From an uncultured Campylobacter sp. (GTDB lineage Bacteria > Campylobacterota > Campylobacteria > Campylobacterales > Campylobacteraceae): DNA of 64,000 bases. The notes under the pieces are model-generated. The model was not told where the DNA came from. It ran no database searches and worked only from the letters and a program-made list of their open reading frames with translations. A program made the translations under genes and the position numbers. The DNA is taken from assembly GCF_938045205.1 (NCBI RefSeq), contig NZ_CALIMY010000138.1, forward strand, positions 8,619-72,618. Reading direction: 5' to 3'. The first letter of the stretch is position 1; every line of letters begins with the position of its first letter. Below are positions 23,160 through 31,981 of this stretch, piece after piece.

Positions 23160-23466
23160 GTGTGGATGGAATTTTGCGCTTATGCGAACTTGGACTGACT
23201 GAGCTCGCACGCGGCCTTGGATAAATTCCGCGCTTTATAAGAGCGCGGATAAAGCGAGCGTAGAGGCGAGAGGCAAGCTTTGTCGCAAGTAGCACGTAGC
23301 GAGGCGGGTAAAATTTGAACGAAGCCGCGGGATTAAAATTTAACTCGCGATTTGGTTGATTAGCGATTGATTGGCGCAGGCAATGCGGGCGATAAATTTA
23401 ATCTCGTGATTTAATCCCGCGATCTCGCCGCAACTAGCGCTAAATTTTAAAATTTAAAGAGAAAAT

Positions 23467-24030
23467 TTGAAAACGCTAAAGCATTTTTTTGAAATTCTAC
23501 GTCCGCACTGGTTCGGCAAGGGCGCGGCGAAGCTATGGGCGCTGCTACTACTAGCGCTCGGTTTTAGTCTCGCTATCATCAAAATCAGCGTGCTGATGAA
23601 CGCGTGGGATAAGCGCTTTTACGACGCGCTAAGCGAGCTTAAGGGCGAGCTCATTCCTGCGCTCGTGGGCGAGTTTTTGCTCTACACGGCGCTCATCGTG
23701 CTTTTCATCGTCTGCGGCAGCTGGCTTCGCAAACTGCTCGTAATCGTCTGGCGCGAGCGGCTAAGCGCGATGATGGAGCGCAAATGGCTACATAACGCAA
23801 ACTTCTACCGTACGAGCCTTGAGGGGAATTTCAGCGCCAGGGGCGGATCAAATTTAGAAAAACCTGGCGACGTAAATTTAGATAAAAATTTAAACGAGCG
23901 TGCAGAGTGTTCCGTAGTCGAAGCGGACAGCGCGGCTTTGCATGGAGACGTAAAGGGGCTTGAAATTTACCGAGCACGGCAGAGTAAAATGCAGCAGGGC
24001 AAAGCGGCGCAAGCGAGAATAAAAATTTAA
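23467..24030 (+). CDS. YddA/SbmA-BacA-like ABC transporter, N-terminal fragment (TM1-TM2), ends inside a repeat insertion
   Basis: The N-terminus (FFEILRPHWFGK...WDKRFYDAL...VWRERLSAMMERKWLHNANFYR) parallels the E. coli YddA N-terminus. The ORF terminates at TAA 24028-24030 within low-complexity repeat sequence. Confidence 0.7.
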   Translation: MKTLKHFFEILRPHWFGKGAAKLWALLLLALGFSLAIIKISVLMNAWDKRFYDALSELKGELIPALVGEFLLYTALIVLFIVCGSWLRKLLVIVWRERLSAMMERKWLHNANFYRTSLEGNFSARGGSNLEKPGDVNLDKNLNERAECSVVEADSAALHGDVKGLEIYRARQSKMQQGKAAQARIKI

Positions 24031-24089
24031 ACGATCGTAGCGACGAGAATTTTAAAAATTCAAAAAACGCCGAGAATACTAAAGCATAT

Positions 24090-25646
24090 TTGGAGCAGGA
24101 TACGGATGGCTTAAACGAATACGTGGACTCTGCGAGCGATCGCGCAGAGTATCTTGCAAGCGAGGCGAGTGGCACCGATGTGAACGAAAATTTAAACCAG
24201 CAGCGTGAGGAAGATTTTAAAGAATATTGGGGACGAGATACGGGTAATTTAAACGAACGTGCGGCGTCCGTGAGGGCGCGGGCTGGGTGCCCCGCAACCG
24301 AAGCGGATGTCAAAGGTTCGTTTAAAGCTTCCGAAGACCGGGGAATTGCAAAGCTAGACAACCCCGATCAGCGTATCGTCGAGGACAGCTTGCTGCTCGT
24401 GCAAAAAAGCGTCGATCTCGTAAAATCGCTCGTCTATAATCTCGCCAAGCTCATCGCCTTCGTCGCGATCTTGTGGCAGGTCTCGAAGGTATTGAAATTT
24501 GAAATTTTTAGCATGCACTTTGAGATCGAGGGCTTTTTGCTCTACGTCGCGCTCCTCTATACGCTGCTTTGTTCGCTGATTACGCATCTCATCGGGCGCA
24601 GGCTTAGGGGGTTAAATTTTGCTAAGCAGCGCGCCGAAGCCGACTACCGCTCGGATCTGTTGCTCGTGCGCGAAAACGCAGAAGCCGTAGCCTTTATGCG
24701 CGGAGAGGATGCCGAGCGCGGCCGCTTCCGCGCGAGCTTCGGCGAGATCGCTAAAAACTGGCGCAGCATCATGAATACGGAATTTCGCCTCGAATGCTTT
24801 TCGGCAAGCTACCTAAAAATCACGAATTTAATCCCGATCTTTGCCTACTTGCCGCTGTATTTGTCGCGCGCGATGAGCTTCGGCGATATGATGCAGGCGC
24901 GCTCGGCGTTTTACAGCGTGCAGGACGGATTTGCGTGGTTTATGGACTATTATAAGCAGATCATGGAGTGGGCGGCGAGCGTGCAGAGGATCTATGAGTT
25001 CATCTCGCGCATGGACGGCGAGAGCGCAAATCTGCGTACTTGCGTCAAACAAAGCGACGAAAATTCCGCTCGCTGCGAGGGCTTGTCGGTCTTCACGCCT
25101 GCGGGCGAGCCGCTGATCGAGGATCTACGCTTCGAGCTTGCGCCCGCGCAGTTTATAATGCTGCGAGGCAAGAGCGGTACGGGCAAAAGCACGGCTCTGC
25201 GCTACGCGGCGGGGCTTTGGCGATACGGCTGCGGCGAGATCAGTCTGCCGCGCATGGGCGTGATATTTATCCCGCAAAAGCCCTATCTGGCGCCGCTTAG
25301 CCTAAAAGAGCTCATTTCCTATCCGCAGCCGCCGCGCGCAGACGACGCGGAATTTTTAGAAATTTTATGCCGCGTAGGGCTTGAGAAATTTGCCCGCATG
25401 CTAAACTCGCGCGCCGATTACGTTAAAATTTTAAGCGGCGGGGAGGCACAGCGGCTTAGTTTCGCACGTATTTATTGCCACAAGCCGAGCTTTGTTTTTG
25501 CCGACGAGATCACGTCCGCGCTAGATCCCACCTCGGCGCGCGAGCTGCTACTTGGTCTGCGCGCGGATCTGCCGAACCTCGGCATGCTAGCGATCGTGCA
25601 TCAAACGGGCCTTGAGGACATATTTGAGCGGACTATAGAGCTTTAA
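24090..25646 (+). CDS. YddA/SbmA-BacA-like ABC transporter, C-terminal part (TMD remainder plus ATPase)
   Basis: It has the family motif LDNPDQRIVED, the Walker A GKSGTGKST, the signature LSGGEAQRLSFAR and the Walker B FVFADEITSALD. This frame is open from 23988, so the start is uncertain. Confidence 0.8.
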   Translation: MEQDTDGLNEYVDSASDRAEYLASEASGTDVNENLNQQREEDFKEYWGRDTGNLNERAASVRARAGCPATEADVKGSFKASEDRGIAKLDNPDQRIVEDSLLLVQKSVDLVKSLVYNLAKLIAFVAILWQVSKVLKFEIFSMHFEIEGFLLYVALLYTLLCSLITHLIGRRLRGLNFAKQRAEADYRSDLLLVRENAEAVAFMRGEDAERGRFRASFGEIAKNWRSIMNTEFRLECFSASYLKITNLIPIFAYLPLYLSRAMSFGDMMQARSAFYSVQDGFAWFMDYYKQIMEWAASVQRIYEFISRMDGESANLRTCVKQSDENSARCEGLSVFTPAGEPLIEDLRFELAPAQFIMLRGKSGTGKSTALRYAAGLWRYGCGEISLPRMGVIFIPQKPYLAPLSLKELISYPQPPRADDAEFLEILCRVGLEKFARMLNSRADYVKILSGGEAQRLSFARIYCHKPSFVFADEITSALDPTSARELLLGLRADLPNLGMLAIVHQTGLEDIFERTIEL

Positions 25647-26507
25647 ATTCGGCCGTTGAAATTTCACGCCGCAGGGATTTCGCCTTTAAATTCATATCTT
25701 TTTAAATCCGGATTTATTAAAATTACTCGTTTATATTAAGCGGCGATAAAATTTAGCCGAAGCGCAAGTGTTCGCATATATGGGCATCGGCACCCGCGCG
25801 GCTAGGCGCTCGCACACAGTCGGCGGCGGGCAGGCACTACGGCGCGGCGAGCGGCTTGGAGGTCGATAGCCAGCGCGCGATCGTGATTTTGCGCGAAATT
25901 AAGTCCGTAGAATTTAAACGCAAAATGATCTGCCAAGAAGACGGCGCCTAGATAAAATTTTAAACCGAGCCGCGATCGGTAGCATAACGGCGTGCTAAAT
26001 GAACGGGCTACGGCAGCGGCGCGATGCGCGGGCGTCGCGATAAGTCAGTAGCGCGTCGGATGGCGCGTAACACATCGGCGGCGCAGACGGCACGCCGTAG
26101 TCGAGAAGCGGAGCGACAATACGTGCCTACTCGGCATCGTATGACATAACCTTCGCTTGGGCAAATCATCATCATAACGGCGCTACGATCGAAGCGAGTA
26201 GCGCGGCCGTGACGGCGGATCGGCAGCACAAGGGCGCGGCGTGATTGCGGCGGCGACAGCATAAAATGCCGCAATATGGCAACCGCGATCGACAGCATGC
26301 GTATATAGGTAAAGCGCAGTGCAAGTAGCGCAAACGCCGCGATACGACGATGGCGACCTGCAGAGCGTATAAGTGAAGCAGCGGTGCGGGCGGCGCAACA
26401 ACGCCGAGGCGATACGATAGCGGCGACCGATGGGATGTAGCGCCGCCGTAGCGTTCGCGGGCGCTACGCCTAAGCCGATAAATTTTAAAACGAAGCAAGG
26501 AGATTTT

Positions 26508-26996
26508 ATGTTTAAAGCGGGGATTGTCTATAAATTTGCGCTCATCGTGTTGCTAGGCTGCGCGCTTTGCATTTTGGGCTTTTCTGGCGCTAATTTCGCG
26601 CGCGGCGAATATGACGAGACGTGGATGAGCCTGCATAAGATCGCGGGATTGGGTCTGCTTTGCGTCGCGATCTTGCATATAATCACAAGGCGAAAGAAGC
26701 TCGTAAAGCTCTGGGGCGAGTTTTTAGACGTGGTTTTGAGCCGCAAAAATCCCGGCTTTTGTAATATGGACCGCATCATAGGCGCGATCGAGCACTATAA
26801 TATCAGAGAAATCGCTGGTAAAATGGGCTTTGAGCCGGACGAGCTCGCTGAGATTTTGAAATCAAACGGTATCAAGCTCATAAGCGCAGATCAAGGCCTG
26901 CGCGAGCTTGCGAAGTTTAACGACGAAAAAATTTTCTTCATCTTGGTGCTTTTGATCGAGGCAAAATTCGGCAAAGCGGGCAGCTGCAAGGTCTAA
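26508..26996 (+). CDS. Small membrane protein (2 TM helices plus soluble C-terminal domain), function unknown
   Basis: The ATG at 26508 is preceded by AAGGAG. The upstream part of ORF 26430.. lies in non-coding GC-rich sequence. Confidence 0.55.
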   Translation: MFKAGIVYKFALIVLLGCALCILGFSGANFARGEYDETWMSLHKIAGLGLLCVAILHIITRRKKLVKLWGEFLDVVLSRKNPGFCNMDRIIGAIEHYNIREIAGKMGFEPDELAEILKSNGIKLISADQGLRELAKFNDEKIFFILVLLIEAKFGKAGSCKV

Positions 26997-27169
26997 ATTT
27001 TAAAATTCCGATCCGAATTTACTCCATAAACTTGCCGCTTTAGGAAATAAAAACCGCTAAAGAATCTAAATTTAAAACCGAAATTTTACCGCGCCCAGCG
27101 AAACGCTCAAAATCAAAATTTCATCCAATCTCTGCCTAAATTTTAAAAACCTATCTTTAATCTTTGAAA

Positions 27170-27184
27170 TTTATTATTATTTAA
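27170..27184 (+). promoter_or_regulatory. Second copy of the TTTATTATTATTTAA element
   Basis: Identical to 20657-20671. It is followed by TATAAT at 27196-27201. Confidence 0.45.
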
Positions 27185-27209
27185 TCAAGAGAAATTATAA
27201 TATAGCATT

Positions 27210-27224
27210 TGCAAATCATTTGCA
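27210..27224. promoter_or_regulatory. Perfect 7-1-7 palindrome TGCAAAT-C-ATTTGCA (candidate operator)
   Basis: It lies just downstream of the TATAAT at 27196-27201 and 26 nt upstream of the receptor start. The same DNA also reads as a direct repeat of CATTTGCAAA (27206-27215 and 27217-27226). Confidence 0.45.
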
Positions 27225-27252
27225 AAATTATAATTTTGAATAGGGGAGAGTG

Positions 27253-29328
27253 ATGTTTAAGAAATTTTATCTTTCAAATGCCGCGATTGCGCTAAGTTTG
27301 TGCGCCGCATTGCAACTAAACGGAGCCGAAAACAACGCTACGTCCGCAAATATCGGCGCGCCTAGCGCGGGGGCGGTAAATCCCGCAGTTCCTAAAAGTG
27401 CTTCCGGCACGAACGCCACAAAGCTGGGCACCATCGTAGTTACCGCGACGGGCTTTGAGGATACGCTTAAAAACGAGGTTCGCAACGTCTCGGTCATCAC
27501 CGCGGAGGATATGGAAAACCGTGGCTACCGCGATCTGCGCGAAATTTTAGAAAAGGCGCCGGGGGTTAGCTTTCACGGCGATACGGTTGATCTGCGCGGA
27601 CAGGGTCAGAAGGCAAATACCTCCGTAAAGGTCCTTCTTAACGGAGTCGCGCTCAATATGATCGACACGACGCCGACGAGCATTCCGATCGATCTAGTTC
27701 CGATCGAAGATATTGAGCGCGTGGAGATCATCCCCGGCGGCGGTAGCGTGCTTTACGGCAGCGGCACCAGCGGCGGCGTGATAAATATCATCACGAAAAA
27801 GGGAGCCAGATACCCGTACGCCAATATCTCGACCAAGATCGCATCGTATAATTACAATGATCTAAATTTAGGGCTAGGCGGCGGCGTGAGCGATAATCTG
27901 TTTCTAAAAACCGCCGTTAAGGGCTTTAAGCATCGCGGATATCGCAAGGGCGAGAAAAATACCGGCTACTACGGCTCACTCGGGATGCATTATAAAATTT
28001 CGGACGATCAAAGCATCTCTTTCGATCCGAGTTTTTATCGCGCCAGAACCTATTCCGTGCCCACTCTTGGCCTTGCCGAGCTTAAAGCGGATCGCCGCCA
28101 GCAGGGAGGCGAGAGAACCTTTACCAAAAGTACGCGACTAAATTTTGACTTGGATTATGCGGTAAAATTTGGCGATAGATTTGAAGCAAATTTACAGCCT
28201 TATTATCAAGATATTAGAATTTTACAAAAGGGCTTTGTGATGAAAGATCGCAAAGAAGGTGCAAATTTAAAAGGCAAGCTCGACTACGACAGCGGCGAGT
28301 TCATAGCGGGATATGATTATCTCAAAAACAAGGGCTTCCGCAGGATAAATTTTGATGCCGCGATGAATCCTATGATGAGCCTTTCGCAGCTTACGATCTT
28401 TGATATGCAAAAGCTTACCCACTCGGTCTATGCTTTAGAAAAGCACAATTTCACCGATCTGTTTTCGCTTAGCGCGGGCGGGCGGTTTGAGCGCGCCGAA
28501 TACAAAGTAAATCGCAGGGTTTCGACTACTATAAAAAGGATGGGAAACATAATCTCGCAGACGCAAGATAGCACCCGAGTAAGCGATCATAAAAACAACT
28601 ACGCTTTTGAGATCACGCCGAATTTTAATTATTCCAAAGATGGCAATCTATATTTTAAATTTGAGCGCGGCTATATCTCGCCGGGTCCTAATCAGCTCAT
28701 TGATAAGCTCGGTCGCAACGGGCCCTATGTGCTTAATAACCTCAAATCCGAAACTTTTAAAACCTACGAGATCGGTCTTAAAGATCTGATCTACGGGCAG
28801 TACGTAAGCGCTACGATCTTTTGGACCGATACGAAAAACGAGATCATAAACGAAACTTTGGGCAGCTCGATCACCGACGGTTGGCATTTTATAAATATCG
28901 ACGAGACGCGCCGCAAGGGCGTGGAGCTGTATGCGGAGCAAAGCCTGCTTTCAAATTTAAAGCTCAGCGAGACCTTTTCATATGTCGACGCCAAGATCCA
29001 ATCCGGCGCGAATAAAGGCAAGCAGGTTCCGCTGGTGGAGCGCTCGAAGTTCGTTTTGGGCGTCGATTACGAGCCGATTAGAAATTTGACGCTGATGAGC
29101 GATTTTAAATATTTCTCATCATCGCACGACGCCAACCACGATAGGATCGATTCGCGCACGATCGTGGATCTGGGCGCTGCGTACCGCTTCGCAAGCGGAT
29201 TTTTGATAAGCGCCGGAGTCAAAAACGTCTTTGACGAGGAGTATAATTACAACCAAAATTTACGCTCGGATGTCTATACTCCGGCTCCCGGGCGCAATTA
29301 CTACGCGGAGTTTAAATACACCTATTAG
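27253..29328 (+). CDS. TonB-dependent receptor
   Basis: It has a signal peptide, the TonB-box-like LGTIVVTATG, plug segments NVSVITAEDMENRGY and IEIIPGGGSVLYGSGTSGGVINIITKKG, and the barrel end GRNYYAEFKYTY. Confidence 0.92.
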   Translation: MFKKFYLSNAAIALSLCAALQLNGAENNATSANIGAPSAGAVNPAVPKSASGTNATKLGTIVVTATGFEDTLKNEVRNVSVITAEDMENRGYRDLREILEKAPGVSFHGDTVDLRGQGQKANTSVKVLLNGVALNMIDTTPTSIPIDLVPIEDIERVEIIPGGGSVLYGSGTSGGVINIITKKGARYPYANISTKIASYNYNDLNLGLGGGVSDNLFLKTAVKGFKHRGYRKGEKNTGYYGSLGMHYKISDDQSISFDPSFYRARTYSVPTLGLAELKADRRQQGGERTFTKSTRLNFDLDYAVKFGDRFEANLQPYYQDIRILQKGFVMKDRKEGANLKGKLDYDSGEFIAGYDYLKNKGFRRINFDAAMNPMMSLSQLTIFDMQKLTHSVYALEKHNFTDLFSLSAGGRFERAEYKVNRRVSTTIKRMGNIISQTQDSTRVSDHKNNYAFEITPNFNYSKDGNLYFKFERGYISPGPNQLIDKLGRNGPYVLNNLKSETFKTYEIGLKDLIYGQYVSATIFWTDTKNEIINETLGSSITDGWHFINIDETRRKGVELYAEQSLLSNLKLSETFSYVDAKIQSGANKGKQVPLVERSKFVLGVDYEPIRNLTLMSDFKYFSSSHDANHDRIDSRTIVDLGAAYRFASGFLISAGVKNVFDEEYNYNQNLRSDVYTPAPGRNYYAEFKYTY

Positions 29329-29360
29329 CGTGCGTTTAAATTTAAGCGAGGTTTGAGCTG

Positions 29361-29399
29361 CGAAATTTAAAATTTACGGGCGAAATTTAAAATTTCGCC
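29361..29399. repeat. Two tandem CGAAATTTAAAATTT units, the second closed into the 21-nt perfect palindrome GGCGAAATTTAAAATTTCGCC
   Basis: Copies lie at 29361-29375 and 29381-29395, and the palindrome spans 29379-29399. They sit immediately after the receptor stop, so the element could double as a hairpin terminator. Confidence 0.6.
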
Positions 29400-29447
29400 G
29401 CCGCGCGCTTTGCCGCCGCGGGATTAAATTTAATAAAAGGAGCAAAG

Positions 29448-30239
29448 ATGAAACCGGACTATAAAAACTGGGTGCCTAAGGGCATGATCGCGAGCTTTGC
29501 CGCAGGTGCGGGCATAGCGTTAGTTTTGTTTTTGATTTTCGGCGTTTGCGGCGCTTTTGTTGGCGGCGTGCTGAGGTGGTTTCTTGCGGGGCTTTTCGGC
29601 GCAGCGGCGCTGGTTTTGATCGGCTTTACGATCTACTGCGTCGTGTGGTACCGCGCGTTTGATTACGGCGGCAAGCGTCAGCTCTCTCGCGCGATCGTAG
29701 AGGGCACGGCAAAATACGTAGATCTACCTGAGGGCGGGCGCGGGCTAGACGTAGGCTGCGGCAGCGGCGCGCTAACGATCGCCGTGGCTAAGCGCAACCC
29801 GCACGCATCGGTGCTAGGCGTCGATCGCTGGGGCTTTGAGTATGCGTCTTTTAAGAAGCAGCTGTGCGAATCCAACGCACGCGCCGAAGGGGTGCAAAAT
29901 ACTAGCTTCGAGCAGGCCGACGCCACGCAGCTGCCCTTTGAGGACGGCAGCTTCGATGCGGTTGCAAGCAACTACGTCTATCACAACATCATGCGCAAGG
30001 ACCGCCAGGCGCTGCTTTTAGAGACGCTCCGCGTGCTTAAAAAAGGCGGCAGCTTCGCGATCCATGATCTTTTTTCGCGCGGAAACTACGGCGATATGGA
30101 TGCTTTCATCGCGCGACTTAAGGAGCAGGGCTATGAGCAGCTCGAGCTCATAGATACGACGCAGGGGCTTTTTATGGGCCCGCGCGAAGCCAAATGGCTG
30201 ATGCTAGGCAGCTCAAAGCTTCTGGTTGGTAGAAAATAG
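29448..30239 (+). CDS. Membrane-anchored class I SAM-dependent methyltransferase
   Basis: Two N-terminal TM helices are followed by motif I, GLDVGCGSGALT, and later by FDAVASNYVYHN. Confidence 0.82.
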   Translation: MKPDYKNWVPKGMIASFAAGAGIALVLFLIFGVCGAFVGGVLRWFLAGLFGAAALVLIGFTIYCVVWYRAFDYGGKRQLSRAIVEGTAKYVDLPEGGRGLDVGCGSGALTIAVAKRNPHASVLGVDRWGFEYASFKKQLCESNARAEGVQNTSFEQADATQLPFEDGSFDAVASNYVYHNIMRKDRQALLLETLRVLKKGGSFAIHDLFSRGNYGDMDAFIARLKEQGYEQLELIDTTQGLFMGPREAKWLMLGSSKLLVGRK

Positions 30240-30668
30240 AAAGTCTTTATTCGATTTAAAATCGGTAGCTAACGCGAATAAAATTTTAAAGTTATTAAAA
30301 ATCTTGAAATTCTAAGATTATGAAATTTTAGAATTTTGCAAAATTTTAAGAAAACACAATGTAGCAAATTTTAGAATTCTGCCTAATTTTAAATTTTGAA
30401 ATTCCATCTGACGCACTACTGCGTTAGTATCGCGACAAATACCTTGAGCTGCGCTTTAGCCATATTTGCAGTATTGAAGCGGCGCATTTTTGTTCCCGCC
30501 GCGTGCCCAATCGGATTTAAATCCCACCGCTTAGAAAATCCGCGAAATTTTTTATAATTCTATAAATCTCAAATTTTATAAATTTTAAAATTACGTATCG
30601 TTACGCCACTATCGCGGCAGAGTACTTTAACCGCGCCTACCTCATCTGCCCGCTGAATATCCGCGCCG
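30240..30668. repeat. RAATTY/AAATTT-rich non-coding repeat field
   Basis: No ORF. It is dense in GAAATTC, AAATTTTA and GAATTTT cores. Confidence 0.65.
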
Positions 30669-31223
30669 CTAAATATCGATAATGCCGAGGTGCGAGAGTA
30701 AAATTTTAACCCCGATTAGGATCAAAATCACGCCGCCTAAAACTAGCGCCTTTGAGTGCAGATATTCGCCCGTTAGCTTGCCTACGTAGCACGCCGCGAC
30801 GCACAGCGCGAAGCAGACGAGTCCGATTACGCAACAGGCGTAGAGGATGTTTATTTCGCCGAACGCAAAGGTCACGCCCACGGCCATCGCATCGATGCTG
30901 GTAGCGATCGCACCCAGCGCCAGCTCCTTCGTGCTTAGGCGTAGAGCTGGCTCGTCCTGCTCGCGGCAGGATTCTGCGATCATCTTAACGCCTAAAAACG
31001 ATAAAATTCCAAACGCGACGAAGTGATCAATCTGCGCGATAAATTTGACGAAGTTTATCCCCAAAGCGTAGCCTGCAAGCGGCATTATAAACTGAGCCGC
31101 CGCGTAGAAAAATGCGACGCGCGCGATCTGCGCAAATTTGAAATTCGGATATTTCGCGCCGTTTGAGATACTAAGCGCGACGCTGTCCATCGCAAGCGCG
31201 AAAGCGATGAGTAAAAGCTCCAT
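30669..31223 (-). CDS. mntP: Manganese efflux pump MntP
   Basis: 184 aa. It has the duplicated DUF204 halves LIAFALAMDSVALSISNG and ATSIDAMAVGVTFAF. Confidence 0.88.
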   Translation of the reverse strand: MELLLIAFALAMDSVALSISNGAKYPNFKFAQIARVAFFYAAAQFIMPLAGYALGINFVKFIAQIDHFVAFGILSFLGVKMIAESCREQDEPALRLSTKELALGAIATSIDAMAVGVTFAFGEINILYACCVIGLVCFALCVAACYVGKLTGEYLHSKALVLGGVILILIGVKILLSHLGIIDI

Positions 31224-31309
31224 ATTTAGCCCTTTTGGTATTATAAAAGCGTTGATTATACATTAAAATTTTCGAAATAAAATAATCAATCTTTAATTAG
31301 GGAAAAACT

Positions 31310-31939
31310 TTGCTTAAAAAATTAATCTTTTGTTTATTGCCGCTATTTGCGACTGCTAGCTGGGAAGAGGTCGCCGTAAAGGGGCTGGACGTGATGCTTA
31401 GTGCGGGCGCGGGCGATAGCGAAAATTTCAAAAGCTCGCTAAGCACCCTGATAGAGCGTGCCGCAAATGAATACGAACGCACTGGCGTGCAGGATTACGA
31501 GCTCGATCTGCCTAGCTACATTACCGAGCGCGCGGGCAAAAAAAGCATCGCCGTGCAGAATATGCAAAGGCTGGCGAGCAAGAAGCTAAGTCTTGCCGTA
31601 GAGCCGATCAAAAAGCTCGTACTTGCTAAAATAAAAGATATGTCCGAAGCCGATACTAAGGCGGTAATGAGCGGCGAGGTGCTATTCAGCCACTATCTGC
31701 GCACCAACGCCTTTGATGAAATTTACGAAATCATTCGCCCTTTGGCACGCGAACTAGGAGCCGACGCGAGCTTTGCTAAAAGCTTTAAAAGTGCCGTTGG
31801 ACGCGAGCCTGGAGACGATTTTAGTAGCGAATTCAGTAGCGCCTTCATCAACGAAAGCTTCGATTTTTTAAGCAAAAACGAAAGGGAGTTTCGCAAAAAC
31901 TCGGGCGCGATTTTAAACGCGATAAAGACGGTCAGATAG
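31310..31939 (+). CDS. Secreted hypothetical protein (possibly DUF4197-like)
   Basis: TTG start with a signal-peptide-like N-terminus, MLKKLIFCLLPLFATAS. The family assignment is weak. Confidence 0.5.
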   Translation: MLKKLIFCLLPLFATASWEEVAVKGLDVMLSAGAGDSENFKSSLSTLIERAANEYERTGVQDYELDLPSYITERAGKKSIAVQNMQRLASKKLSLAVEPIKKLVLAKIKDMSEADTKAVMSGEVLFSHYLRTNAFDEIYEIIRPLARELGADASFAKSFKSAVGREPGDDFSSEFSSAFINESFDFLSKNEREFRKNSGAILNAIKTVR

Positions 31940-31981
31940 GCGCGACCGCACTAAAATCTCGGCGAAATTTTACTTCAAATT

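Noticed and set aside
23823-24347. The 8-bp direct repeat GGGGAATT at both edges of the ABC insertion, considered as a target-site duplication.
   Set aside because: The copies are 517 bp apart. Precise excision of 517 bp would not bring the two ORF frames together, because a length of 2 mod 3 is required. An 8-mer match is also weak evidence, and no terminal inverted repeats or transposase are present.
23831-24361. A 176-aa minus-strand ORF that spans almost exactly the insertion in the ABC gene, considered as a possible independent inserted gene.
   Set aside because: It is Ser/Leu/Phe/Arg low complexity (RSFKLP, SFKPS and RSFKFLFS are reverse readings of the same TTTAAA-containing units). 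It has no RBS-like sequence and no motif. The palindromic cores are stop-free in several frames, so an open antisense frame is expected.
26008-26498. Three overlapping minus-strand ORFs (72-108 aa) in the GC-rich island.
   Set aside because: They are mutually exclusive frames with Arg/Cys/Ala-rich composition and no starts with an RBS. This is expected from GC-rich non-coding DNA.
31224-31309. A yybP-ykoY manganese riboswitch upstream of mntP.
   Set aside because: Only about 85 nt of AT-rich sequence separates mntP from the divergent gene. That is too short and lacks the GC-rich four-way-junction segments of that riboswitch.
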